NCBI GenBank assembly: GCA_002269645.1
Contig: NIVC01001401.1
Coordinates: 232,717-296,716, forward strand
From: Macrostomum lignano
Taxonomy: Eukaryota
Length of the DNA: 64,000 nt
Direction of reading: 5' to 3'
The notes beneath the pieces are model-generated. The model had not been told where the DNA came from. It worked only from the letters and a program-made list of their open reading frames with translations, and did no database searches. Of the stretch, positions 49,085-61,515 are shown one piece after another. The translations under genes and the position numbers were made by a program. Every line of letters begins with the position of its first letter. Within the stretch, counting starts at the first letter, position 1.

Positions 49085-49330
49085 CAAACAATCGATAATT
49101 GAGCCATTTCAGCCCAGAAGGCAGTCTTAGCTATCACTAAAGATTTCTAAGCTATTTTTAGAACAAAAAATCGATAATTGAGCCATTTCAGCCGAGAAGG
49201 CAGTCTTAGCTATCACTAAAGATTTCTAAGCTATTTTTAGAACAAAAAATCGATAATTGAGCCATTTCAGCCGAGAAGGCAGTCTTAGCTATCACTAAAG
49301 ATTTCTAAGCTATTTTTAGAACAAAAATCG
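49085..49330. repeat. 79-bp tandem repeat, 3 copies
   Basis: ATCGATAATTGAGCCATTTCAGC... at 49091, 49170 and 49249. Confidence 0.9.
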
Positions 49331-50149
49331 ATCATTCCCGCTATTCAACCCAGAAAAAGCCAACGCTGTCACTATACTATGGTAGAACAAAAATCGATAA
49401 TTTTAACCTTATTCTAAAGAAAATTAGCAGTAAAATACTACCTGGAAACTGCACATTTATTCTGCTCTGCTGCTTTATAATGTGAACATGTACGCGGACT
49501 TCTGACAGTAGAGTGTAAAGGTGACTGGATAACTTTTGGAATGACTGTTCCCTAACTTAGCTGCAGTTTTACTACAGCATTAAAAGCAAAAAAACAAGTA
49601 TTTTAACTAAACGTTTTGCAGTGAAGTTTTTTTTAGCTAACAAAAAGACATTGTTTTTCTTGTATTTATTTTATGCGCTAATTCTTGTTTCTTGCACAAA
49701 ACCGCTTTCCCACATCCCACCCATTCCTCTAGTGTTAACGCAGGATTTTTTGGGAGTATTATGTTTATAAGCAAATAGACCGGCGCCCACAATCTTCCTC
49801 TGTCTGGGAGGGTTAAAGGAATAGAACGGACTTACCGGCACCCTGCCAACCACAGACTGCCTGCATTGGCCAATCAGCAGTTCGTACTGCTTCAACTGCT
49901 CCAGTTTCAGCCGCTCCAGGCACTCGCCCGTGGCCCGATTCGACCAGGCCAGCAGCAGGTCGAACACGCGCTCCCGTTCAGCGCAGGCCAGAATCTGGCC
50001 GGGCTGCTGTCCGGCCGATGCAGCCTCGCCGGCCGCAGCCGCAGGCGGCCGTCCTCAATCAGCAGGGACAGCATCTGATCGACATAGTGCACAACCGGTT
50101 CGACATCGCGCCAGTGATTGCCCCCCTGCAGCGTCCATCACCTCAGCAA

Positions 50150-51080
50150 GCGCCAGTGTGACACCTCAACTGTCCGGATCGGTGACACCCACTGCGAGTG
50201 GCACTAGCGCCAAGTGTGACACCCAATCAACTAGCACCAAGTGTGACACCCAATCAACCAGCACCAAGTGTGACACCCAATCAACTAGCGCCAAGTGTGA
50301 CACCCAATCAACTAGCGCCAAGTGTGACACCCAATCAACTAGCGCCAAGTGTGACACCCAATCAACCAGCACCAAGTGTGACACCCAATCAACTAGCGCC
50401 AAGTGTGACACCCAATCAACCAGCACCAAGTGTGACACCCAATCAACCAGCACCAAGTGTGACACCCAATCAACTAGCGCCAAGTGTGACACCCAATCAG
50501 CAAGCGCCAAGTGTGACACCCAATCAACTAGCGCCAAGTGTGACACCCAATAAACTAGCGCCAAGTGTGACACCCAATCAACTAGCACTAAGTGTGACAC
50601 CCAATCAACTAGCACCAAGTGTGACACCCAATCAACCAGCGCCAAGTGTGACACCCAATCAACTAGCGCCAAGTGTGACACCCAATCAACTAGCGCCAAG
50701 TGTGACACCCAATCAACTAGCGCCAAGTGTGACACCCAATCAACTAGCGCCAAGTGTGACACCCAATCAACTAGCGCCAAGTGTGACACCCAATCAACTA
50801 GCGCCAAGTGTGACACCCAATCAACTAGCGCCAAGTGTGACACCCAATCAACTAGCGCCAAGTGTGACACCCAATCAACTAGCGCCAAGTGTGACACCCA
50901 ATCAACTAGCGTCAAGTGTGAAACCCAATCAACTAGCACCAAGTGTAACACCCAATCAACTAGCGCTAAGTGTAACACCCAATCAACTAGCGCCAAGTGT
51001 AACACCCAATCAACTAGCGCCAAGTGTAACACCCAATCAACTAGCGTCAAGTGTGACACCCAATCAGCAAGCGCTTAAGC
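50150..51080. repeat. 27-bp minisatellite (AAGTGTGACACCCAATCAACTAGCGCC)
   Basis: About 34 units. Confidence 0.95.
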
Positions 51081-52094
51081 TGTGACATTCTATTGAAACA
51101 AACCATTGAAATAAAACACAGAAGACAATAACGTTTCCTAATGTGGCCTAACAAACAGTAGTGAAGCACAGTACGATATTATTGTAATCTTCCATACTAT
51201 AAATTCTTCTGCAGGCGCAATAAGCGTAGAGAAAAAGATGTTCCAGTGCGCAATACGAAAAGAAAGAAACAAACCGAAAAACAGGTTCGCCCAGTAAACT
51301 TAATTCTATTGTTAACAAAAAATTAAGCTAAAATACAACCACACTACTCTTCACCAGTAACAGACTCCTTCGCTAACGGAAACGACAGTTATAAAGCAAT
51401 ACGTATTCTACTATTGAGTTAAACAAACAGTTAGTTTAGTAAGCTATTATTAATGGATGGACAGGCTTTCAAAAATAATTATTCTTTATTGATAGTTATA
51501 CAATACTTAAAGTAAAATATTATCTAGACATGAAATAACGGTATATGCTGCGCAGTTTCTAATATGAAATGATCGCATGATCGCGTATAGCCTTATCGTA
51601 ATCTATACTAAGAGGGTGGTGCACAGCCACTTCATGTATTCATTTGCGCAAAAACTAAGCAATCCAGGCACTAAAGCATCCCCACAAAAATAGGAAATCA
51701 TAAATTTTATTCAGTACACTTGCACCGAAGATTCATACACCATTCAGCAGTAAAGACCGTTGGGTCTGCACTGCATCGACTTCAAATGATATTGTGTCCT
51801 TTAATTTTCGCGCCTCTATCATGTCAACCACAGATAGCTCGTACTAAAATAACCATGTTACTTTATTCAGTATCAACAATTGCGTTTTTGCTGTAATAAT
51901 ACATATTGAACATTTTAGAAACTGCAATAATCCCCTCTGGCTTTCTATATCAAACCCATTAAATTAGCATCTTCACTGTTTGAAGCTGCACCCCAAATCC
52001 AGTGAGTGTGCATAGCAAGAAAGAAAAGGGAGTGGCACCTGACCTGCCCCCAGTCAGTAGATAAACAGCTTGGCTCGCTCTTGCCCGCTTGCCT

Positions 52095-52300
52095 GACTTT
52101 GCCCTCTCTCCTTACTGCCTTCTCATTGGCTGAGCCAGATTGGGTCTGCCCCCTAGGCTGAGTTTCGTCCGTCTGACTTTCACCTCTCTCCTTACTGCCT
52201 TCTCATTGGCTGAGCCAGATTGGGTCTGCCCCCTAAGCTGAGTTTCGCCCATCTGAATTTCAGCTCTCTCCTTACTGTTCTCTAATTGGCTGAGCTAGAT
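52095..52300. repeat. 80-bp tandem repeat, about 2.5-3 copies, containing ATTGG (reverse CCAAT) motifs
   Basis: CTCTCTCCTTACTG... recurs at about 52104, 52184 and 52264. Confidence 0.85.
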
Positions 52301-52792
52301 TGGGGTACATCGAGTTATATGCTTCTTAACCCCATATGCTCATGAGGCCACAAACCTGACTCCTGAGAGTAAGGAAAGGAAATATTAGCTGTTACATTAA
52401 ATTTAGGTGACAATGCGCAGACAAACTACTGAAAAAAGAGTAGACGCTCTACTTCTTAAAACTATTCAAAATTGCGAGCGACATACACAGAGACTACTAT
52501 GGCAAATACTCACTCTTGCTATCCTAACTACAATACTATATAAGGATATGCTTCACAAGCAAAAACTTCGGTCTATCAATCTATCAATATGAGTTCAAAA
52601 TCCCCTGCAGACGTGCAATAGACAGTTTAAAAATTACCCCAACTTTCCTCTCTATAAATTCCATATAAACACTATATACTGTTCTTGCATTGTATTCAAG
52701 CTAATAAATTAAACAAAAATGCATCTACTATAAAATAGCTGGGCAAATATTGTATTTGGAACTTCAATAAATAATTGACAGATAAGACTGAA

Positions 52793-55483
52793 TCACTTAA
52801 TTCGCGAATAAACAGACGAGGCGGCGGATTTAGCGGCGCCGCTGTCGGCCATCCATTCGAGCACCTGGCTGTAGTCGGGCGCCAGACTCAGTTGAGGCCC
52901 GTAAGCAACATAGCTAGGCCGGCTGAGCAGCATTCGTTTAGCAAAGTCGCGCAGATGCCTCTCTTCAATTTGTTCAATCTGTTCAGTCCAGTACTGAGGC
53001 GGCTTCCGTTCGCCAGACGAAAGAATCTGCCGGCCGACGTCTTCGAACACAACAGGACGCATTTCCAGATTCATGAGTAGCATTGATTGCAGTTGCTTCT
53101 TTGCGCGTTGCACCTGATCGTGTGGTAGCCGGTCTGTCATCGCGTGAAGCTCGCGCACTATCACCTGCGGAATATCCACGAATATGCGGAATATAGAAGG
53201 TGAATTTAACAATGACATTCCAGAGGTAGGTTATTTAGGTGAATTCTGAGAAGTTTGACAAGGACAGTTCAGAGGTGGATTTAAGTTAATCCTGAGAAGT
53301 TTGACAAGACAGTTCAGGGGTGGATTTAAGTTAATCCTGAGAAGTTTGACAGGACAGTTCAGGGGTGGATTTAAGTTAATCCTGAGAAGTTTGACAGGAC
53401 AGTTCAGGGGTGGATTTAAGTTAATCCTGAGAAGTTTGACAAGGACAGTACAGATGTGAATTTAAGAGCTATTTCGAGAGTTTATGGGTAGAATTTATTT
53501 ATTGCCATTGGGAGAAGTTTATCAGGGTAATTTAGCAGTAGTACTGGTACAATTCTCAGAGTAAGTTAATCCTCACATTGCACAGATCGCGGCATTGCTG
53601 AGGCGGAGCGCTAGCCTGAATAGCAAACAGTCCGGAATCGGCGTAGGCCTGGTTGCTAGCCTGAGCGCTATTCACCCAATAGTGCCGGTTCAGCACCCTG
53701 GTGAACAGTCGGGTGTACATGCCTTTGCCCGGTCCGCCGGCGCTGAAGCTGCCGCCGCCGCCCATCATCATGTTGAGTACGCAGGAGGCGACAAAGCCTT
53801 CGTCGGATAGTGAGCAAGACTCTAAGCCCAGGCCAATGTGTATTAGCTCTGGCAATTGAAGCGCTGCGTGCATCTGAGAATGAGCCTTTTCAACTCGGGC
53901 CTCGCCACCGGTGTACTGAGCTACGGAATTGTCCGGCTGCTGAGCGGCAGCGCCCGCGGAGCCGGCCAGCCAGTCGGGCTGATCGGCAAAGTAACTCTCC
54001 GCTGCCTGCATTAGCGGCTGATGCGGCACGCCAATTCCGCATAGGATCATGCGCTCCGGCCGGTAATAAGTAGCTAAATAGCGTAACACCTCAGATCGAT
54101 CGATTGAGTCAACATTGTCTAATGGGCAGAACTTGGGAAAGCCCAGCGTGTTGGCCTGATAGGCGGCGCTGTACAGCAGGTCGGTCAGTATGGGCTCGGG
54201 GCTGGCGCTCATCTCCATGGCCTCCCAGTCGAAGCGGACCTTTTTTAATAGAGAATTTATTAGAAAAAATGATCAGCTGGACTGTACATTGCGAGCATAA
54301 AATAGCGAGACGATAGACACAGGAAGGGACAGGTAGCAATAGCAAGCTGCTGATAGACACGGGAAGGGACAGGTAGCAATAGCAAGCTGCTGATAGACAC
54401 GGGAAGGGACAGGTAGCAATAGCAAGCTGCTGATAGACACGGGAAGGGACAGGTAGCAATAGCAAGCTGCTGATAGACACGGGAAGGGACAGGTAGCAAT
54501 AGCAAGCTGCTGATAGACACGGGAAGGGACAGGTAGCAATAGCAAGCTGCTGATAGACACGGGAAGGGACAGGTAGCAATAGCAAGCTGCTGATAGACAC
54601 GGGAAGGGACAGGTAGCAATAGCAAGCTGCTGATAGACACGGGAAGGGACAGGTAGCAATAGCAAGCTGCTGATAGACACGGGAAGGGACAGGTAGCAGT
54701 ATCAAGGCACGGATAGGATTTCACTAATAATTGTCTACTAGATCGAGGATTACTTTTTCTCTGGCGGCCACCACCTCGTCGGAGTCGTAGCGGGCCCGGC
54801 AGACCACCTGGGCCAGGGCGGAGACCAGCCGGTCCAGGTGCAGTGGATTAGCGCTCATAGCGTAAATAGTAGCGTCCTTGCTGCTCTGCGTATCGAATAT
54901 GCCGCCGCATTGTTCAATTTCGCTTAATAAATGCTCGCGATTCGGGTAGGCGCGAGTTGAACCGAACGACATCTTCTCAACTAGATGGGACACGCCTTTG
55001 GTAAAGCCGGCCTGCGGTTAAGGATAGGGACAGTGTCCGGGTCGTGTTAAAGTGTTAGAAAAAGAACACATGCACAAGAAGTATAACAGTAAGTCCGCAC
55101 TAGTCAATAATAAAACTTGTACACACCTGAAACCTAGGCCCGGCACTGATGACAACTCCAACTGTACATCCAGTACCTATACGATCCATAGAAGCCACTG
55201 TGAGCCCATTGGACAACCGACCAATTAGAACGTTTTCGTTGTCCTTGGCGTACGCGGCAGCCGGTTTGGCCTGTTCGGCCATCGACTGCCAGTTGAAGCC
55301 TTCTGGCTGCACAGTCAGTGGAGTTTGCAGCAGAGGCGACTGGCGTCGATGAGAGTCGGACACAACCGTCGGCCGACCGGACGCGGTGGCGCTGGCCACG
55401 CTAGCCGAAGCTGGCGGGCCCTGCAGAGGCGGCGGCCGGCCACCAGTCAGGGAGGTGATGAAGCGGGTCAAACGGGACGACAT
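52793..55483 (-). CDS. PMPCA: Mitochondrial-processing peptidase subunit alpha, 549 aa; exons 55483..55127, 55011..54754, 54239..53577, 53164..52793
   Basis: RLSNGLTVAS...CTVGVVISAGPRF; non-catalytic SHLVEKMSF; glycine-rich loop MMGGGGSFSAGGPGKGMYTRL; AKKQLQSMLLMNLEMRPVVFEDVGRQIL. All introns are phase 0 and GT-AG. Confidence 0.96.
53215..53470. repeat. 45-bp tandem repeat (GACAGTTCAGGGGTGGATTTAAGTTAATCCTGAGAAGTTTGACAG)
   Basis: About 5-6 copies in PMPCA intron 3. Confidence 0.9.
54310..54700. repeat. 40-bp near-perfect minisatellite (GACACGGGAAGGGACAGGTAGCAATAGCAAGCTGCTGATA)
   Basis: About 10 almost identical copies in PMPCA intron 2. Confidence 0.95.
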
Positions 55484-56769
55484 GCTGCTACAAATAATAA
55501 TTCGAGCGGCATAAATTGTCCATAAATAGATTCAAGATGAAAATTCTAAACTAAGTGGTTCAACAGCGTGTGCTTTTAAATGAGACCGTGGATTATTAAA
55601 TTCAACTTGCGTATAACTTATGTTAAAATAAAATTCCATTTGAGTGTTTGTACAATAAATTATTGAAGTTAATCTACGGAAGTCAGTGTACATCAGAGAG
55701 GGCATTTGTAGTGGTTGGGTAGGGAGTGAGTTCTTAAACTTATCGTGGGACTGCAAAAAGTCGGCTAATGTACATTGAGGGACGAGAATTGGGTAAGAGG
55801 TGTACATTGATAACGGTTAGACTGGAAACTCGTCTTTAAATTATTTGGGGGCTTATCAGGAGCCAGCTTAATGTACATTGAGGGACGAGAATTGGGTAAG
55901 AGAAGGTGTACATTGATAGTGATAACGGTTTAGACTGGAAATTCGTGCTTAAATTATTGGGGGAGCGTGGTGTACATTGCGGGGACGAGAATTTTGTATA
56001 AGTGTACATGAAAGTTCGTGAACTAATAAGACTAAATATTCTATAGTCATGCCGGTAGCTAGTGCAAGCAACACTGGAGTGAGCCCAAAAAATTAAGAGA
56101 TAACAAAACGAACCGATATTATATCTTGCCAATGACAATGTTCCATTTATTTATTCAACAGAAACTAACTGTTCGGCAATAAAATATTTCATAAACAATG
56201 ACACTGATCAAGCAAAAGGTTGAATGCGAAAAAAGTTTAACTTTCTGTTTAGAAAACGTAAAGCAACGTTTTCGATTTGGGAACGAACCTATGCAGTTGA
56301 CTACAAGATCAAAAGCCAGTAGCAGTTCACTTCAGGGAGAAACTATTAAAAAGCTGAGCGAGAGAAATTAAGTAACGCTTCGTATTACCAATCTTTTTGA
56401 CAACCCATAATTGCTTGCTTCTTGTTCTTCTACTGAAGCTTAAGATTCAATAACCCGATATTACAGACAATTCAACAATGAAATATGTTTTTGGCATTTT
56501 AGACAAAATATTCTGGTCTAGCCGTTAGCATTCAAAAAACAAGGACTACCTTTCAGTCCCCCCAGACACAGCAGGGCAGTCGGGGTGGGGGGGGGACACA
56601 GCGCCCCAAAACCCATTCTACTTCGTAATGTACTGTAAATATTTTTGTGTACTTTTGACTATCACCCGAATGAGTGTGTGCATCAGTTACGTATCTCAGG
56701 GGTCAGAAAAGTGGGTGAGCTCAAACAAGCCAGCCGGTGCCTCTCTCTGCTGCCGCAAATCAAAGACAA

Positions 56770-56935
56770 GCAGTCATGTCCACTCCGCTGACCCCTGGGC
56801 ACGCATACGGATACGTATGCAGACGCACCACTCATACAAGGTGTACCTTCTCACCATTGGACGTGTACACTCTCTGTGCCTTGGGGGTTGGCCCTCAAGG
56901 GTGTTAATTGCACGACAAGCTCCAGCCCCGAACCT
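56770..56935 (-). mobile_element. Diverged partial relative of the SINE at 33485..33857
   Basis: Shares GGATACGTA.GCAG.C...GTACACT...GCCTTGGGGG(G)TTGGC.CTCAA...TTAATTGCACGA with 33610..33745. Confidence 0.6.
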
Positions 56936-57045
56936 GAGCTACCCAGAACAATGAAACCCATGCATGTAACAATTAAGGGTTGTAAAAAAAGTGGGTAAAT
57001 TAGAATAAGAAGCGTCTCATAGTTAATTACACAATAGAAGGGGAA

Positions 57046-59420
57046 CTACACCCTAACCGACAGTTCATCCGGCGAAGGAGGCTCCGGCGGTTCCGGCACG
57101 GAGTCGGCCGCCGATCCAACAACACCCCGGATCATATTGCCAGCCGGATCGATGGCAAAGTTAAAATCAACAATTGGCGAGTCCAAAATCGCCTCGATTT
57201 TAGCATCTAAATTGCTTTCGTCAATAAAATCGCCAGCCTGTTCGAGGTCGCGTTTCAGTCGAGCCTGGAAGCTGAGCACGGCAGCTTGGTCGGCCAGTTC
57301 GCTGTCCAGCTGCAGACGGTCGTGCTCATTGCGCAGCTCATCTAGTTGGCGTCGCATCTCATCTACGCGAAGCTCGGCGCTCCGAGCGTTCCAATCGGCG
57401 TTGATTCGTTCGGCTTCGTCAACTTGGCGCTTGGTCTCGGCGCTGTCGGCCAGCTGGTCCTCTTGGCTGCCGAGCTTGTGCAGACCGTCGGAAGCCTGAC
57501 GTTGAATGTTCAAATCTCATTTGATTCGTTCCGAATACGAAAAAATCACTTAAACTAAAGCAAAAGCACTCTTAGTCTTAAGCTTAATGTTATTAAAAAA
57601 ACTTTTGTTTAAACGATTACTCCACTCAGACACTTACATTAACTACATGTAGATGAAAAAACGGAGTGCCTAATTCTTTTTTTCAGTAGCTCCCTTGACT
57701 ATATATCCTTTCTTTCACAACAGCTGTGGCACCCCTTGTATTGGCACCTTATGTGCTGGCGCCCTTAATGCTGACACCCTTTGTGCTGGCGCCCTTAATG
57801 CTAGCGGCCCTTGTGTTGGCGCCTCTTGTGATGGCGCCCTAATGCTGGCGCTCCTTGTGCTGGCGCCCTTAATGCTGGCACTCCTTGTGTTGGCGCCCTT
57901 AATGCTGACACCCCTTGTGCTGGAGCCCTTAATGCTGGCGCTCCTTGTGTTGGCGCCCTTAATGCTGACACCCCTTGTGCTGGAGCCCTTAATGCTGGCG
58001 CTCCTTGTGTTGGCGCCCTTAATGCTGACACCCCTTGTGTTGGAGCCCTTAATGCTGGCGCTCCTTGTGTTGGCGCCCTTAATGCTGACACCCCTTGTGC
58101 TGGAGCCCTTAATGCTGGCGCTCCTTGTGTTGGCGCCCTTAATGCTGACACCCCTTGTGTTGGAGCCCTTAATGCTGGCGCTCCTTGTGTTGGCGCCCTT
58201 AATGCTGGCACTCCTTGTGTTGGCGCCCTTAATGCTGACACCCCTTGTGCTGGCGCCCTTAATGCTGGCACTCCTTGTGTTGGCGCCCTTAATGCTGGCA
58301 CTCCTTGTGTTGGCGCCCTTAATGCTGACACCCCTTGTGCTGGCGCCCTTAATGCTGGCACTCCTTGTGTTGGCGCCCTTAATGCTGACACCCCTTGTGC
58401 TGGAGCCCTTAATGCTGGCGCTCCTTGTGTTGGCGCCCTTAATGCTGACACCCCTTGTGTTGGAGCCCTTAATGCTGGCGCTCCTTGTGTTGGCGCCCTT
58501 AATGCTGGCGCTCCTTGTGTTGGCGCCCTTAATGCTGGCACTCCTTGTGTTGGCGCCCTTAATGCTGGCACTCCTTGTGTTGGCGCCCTTAATGCTGGCA
58601 CTCCTTGTGTTGGCGCCCTTAATGCTGGCACCCCTTGTGTTGGCGCCTTATGTGCTGGCGCCCTAAGCTGGCGCTCCTTGTGTTGACGCCCTTAATTCTG
58701 GCACCCCTTGTGTTGGCGCCTTATGTGCTGACGCCCTAAGCTGGCGCTCCTTGTGTTGGCGCCCTTAATGCTGGCACGCCTTGTTTTGGCGCCTTATGTG
58801 CTGGCGCTACTTGTGTTGACGCCCTTAATGCTGGCACCCCTTGTGTTGGCGCCTCTTGTGATGGCACCTTAATGCTGGCGCTCCTTGTGCTGGCGCTCTT
58901 AATGCTGGCACCCCTCGTGTTGGAGCCCTTAATGCTGGCGCGCCTAATGCTGGCCGCATCGATGGCGCTCCCAAAAAACGCGGCCATCGCAATAAAAATT
59001 CCTGGCTTCAACCCTAATACGTGGCCCGTGAGACACTTGCCCTTTAGCCCTGAACATCTAGTATTGCTTATTAGGGGCATTCAAGGCTAGAAATATGCAT
59101 TAGAGAATTAACTGGCGTACCCGCTCCCCAGGCAACAATAGCCGACCGTGCAATTCATAATAGAAAGCCTGCTGCAACGCATTCAGCTGCATCTCATAGC
59201 TGGCCCAACGGCTTTCAAATATGGCCACAGCGTCCGGGTCGCGTTTGTGCCATTCGCGAACTCGAAACGCTTTCACTTTGGGATGAGGAATCACTCGCGG
59301 ATTGCGGTGCGGCCGCTGGCGAAAGTTTTTAAACAGGTGGCCGATGCCGCGCGATGCTGCATAGGCTCGGCTGCATAGCAACGGCAGCATTCGCTGCACT
59401 TTGCTAGTACGCAGCGCCAT
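57046..59420 (-). CDS. MRPS26: Mitochondrial small ribosomal subunit protein mS26, 249 aa; exons 59420..59121, 57495..57046
   Basis: Arg-rich presequence; ...RWASYEMQLNALQQAFYYEL; coiled coil; DFIDESNLDAKIEAILDSPIVDFNFAID aligns with human [27 protein letters not shown] (recalled from memory). Phase 0 GT-AG intron. Confidence 0.8.
57730..58945. repeat. 30-bp minisatellite built from two 15-bp subunits (CTGGCGCCCTTAATG + CTGGCACTCCTTGTG)
   Basis: Fills the MRPS26 intron; source of the LMLALLVLAP pseudo-ORF. Confidence 0.95.
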
Positions 59421-61515
59421 GCATTGTTTTCACAAGCCAGATGGAAGAATCCCGATACTGATCCTTATCAAAGAATCCTCATTCTGAAATCCTGGGATCC
59501 CAATCATTAAATCTTGGTATTCCCAATTCGAATGCAGGATCCCGATTCTCGCTTGTAGTCCTGAACTCCTGGTATTCTAATTATTAAATCCCAGAATTTC
59601 CAACCTTGAATCCAAAATGCTGGTCTGAGATCCCGGGATCCGAATCTTGAAATCTCGGGATCCTGATTCTTAAATCACAGGACGCCAATTTAGACATCCA
59701 GGGTCCCAATTCTTAAATCCATGGACCCCAGTTCAGACATCAAACAATCCTTAAATCCAATGATTTCCAATCCCAATTCTAAAATCTAAAATCCCAAATC
59801 ATTTACACAAGGCATACAATGGCCTATGTTTCTTATTGTTAGGAATGTATGCACACCTTATGGCTTGACAATTGTCATTTGGTGATTGATAGACACAGAG
59901 TTAGACAGATTAACCACTAAGCCACTTTGCCTCTTGCCCCATATTTAGACATGCACAGAGGTTTAAAAGGATCCTAATCCTAATATTGTTGTCCCAAGAT
60001 CTAAATTTTGCAAGATCTAAAAACATTAACATTTAATATTTAGAGCCAATATTATATAAACTGTATATTTCAATTCTAAATCCTAGGATTTTAGCAAAAA
60101 AATATGAAATCTCATACAAAAAACCTTAACTCTGTCTGACTTAATTATTAAACCACATTATTACAAACTATAAAACTTATAGAGTATTAAATTAGCATTT
60201 TTAAAAACTAAATTGAAATAGATAATATTAAGGACTCCAGTGAGATTCTTGAAGTAATTTTTTTAATTAATAAATCTTACCTGCCCAAGGTAAAAAACAC
60301 AATTTTTTTTTAATTTGTCAAATAATAAAACCATTACAAAACTTCTCATATCTTGTTTATATGCCTAATAAGTCATTTTAGCTTTTATCACTTTGTCTTT
60401 TGATGAGAATAAAGCAAATATAATTAGAATAGCAAAAACCTTTGTAACAATACTTACTAAAGTCACTCTTAGGCCTAAATGTATAGGGGAACTATAGAAA
60501 ATTATTTTTTTTTACTATTTTTGCATAGTTAATGCAATGTCTAATATCATTACCTTTTATTATAAACAAATTAACAGATTAAAAAGTTGTTTTTTAATTA
60601 TAACAACAAATTTAACCTATTGACAAAAATAAAAATAGTAAGAGTTTTATAAAAAATTCTAACATACTTGATATAAAAATTAGTAAAATAAAAAAATTAA
60701 GTTCATTATATGTATTGGATTTGAACTTTTATTTCCAATGACTCTTATGCTTGAACACATCATTTTTATTCAATGTTAAAGTTATATAATATAAAGCCTT
60801 TAGTTTTTACAAATTTCAATATTTGAATAAGATTTCAATGAAAATAATAGCAAGACTATTTTGATATTATAACAATCCAATGAAAGCTAGATATCTTATA
60901 CTTTCTATAAAAAGTTACTTCTCTATAAAAAGTATGAAAAATTAGGGCCTATTTTATATTATACTTGCTTTTACTTTATATAATTGTATTTCAAGATGAT
61001 TTAGTTCAAAACAAAACCCTTTTTTTCAATACATATATTAAAAATGGTCTGTTGGTAGGTATGCAATTGATTTTAGTTTTACCTAAATGCCTAATTAATC
61101 TCATTGTTTATGTCCTATGACAATGATCATGCAAATGTAACAATTTCTTACTAATGAACTTTAATAATAAATTAAAATTATAGACTTTATTGCTTGCATA
61201 TGAGTATTGATCATTTTGATTTATTTCTTTCCCAATCTTTTGTAATTTTTTTTGCTATACCAACTAATGCTACTAAATAACCTTACAATTTATATTTATT
61301 ATTAACTGATTAGCTTTAAAGTTTCAAATCAATATATCACTTTTTTATTATATGCTTACTTTTAGTAATAGTGGCAAGTCATTCCACAATAGGGTCCCGT
61401 CATGTTTTTGAACTTTAAGCACTTGTAACTTTGCACTATAATAGATAGAATAAAGCTGCAAAAAGCAATCTATGTCAAATTTCTAGTTCTATACTTATAC
61501 TTATATATGCACAAT

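Larger units (their letters stand above)
42708..50124 (-). pseudogene. FHIP1: FHF complex subunit HOOK-interacting protein (FHIP1/FAM160A family); exons ~50124..49836, 47540..44964 (with ~830-bp internal duplication), 44335..43653, 43292..42708; multiple frameshifts (true pseudogene or assembly error)
   Basis: HYVDQMLSLLIED; LEQLKQYELLI; LVPYVHREASIGQHARDALLLVMALS; FCPVLATGLSGLYSSLP; AHPLVRDQLLHFIYSGFLKPVLG; TAYLELFLR; YARAADKF; GPFLTALLDKVETM...YPQPLLKSLLLN; NMVYAAVVLEEFTKELSAICREHS. Several indels are needed to link the frames. First exon and start not found. Confidence 0.8.

Noticed and set aside
50100-50130. FHIP1 starting at CAG|GGG GGC AAT CAC TGG with an SL-supplied AUG
   Set aside because: The acceptor is in phase, but the region is frameshift-prone and orthologues have more N-terminal sequence, so a missed upstream exon is at least as likely.
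60000-61400. Possible decayed hAT-type transposase (FITLSFDE-like peptide near 60385)
   Set aside because: One weak motif amid frequent stops; it cannot be supported without a profile search.
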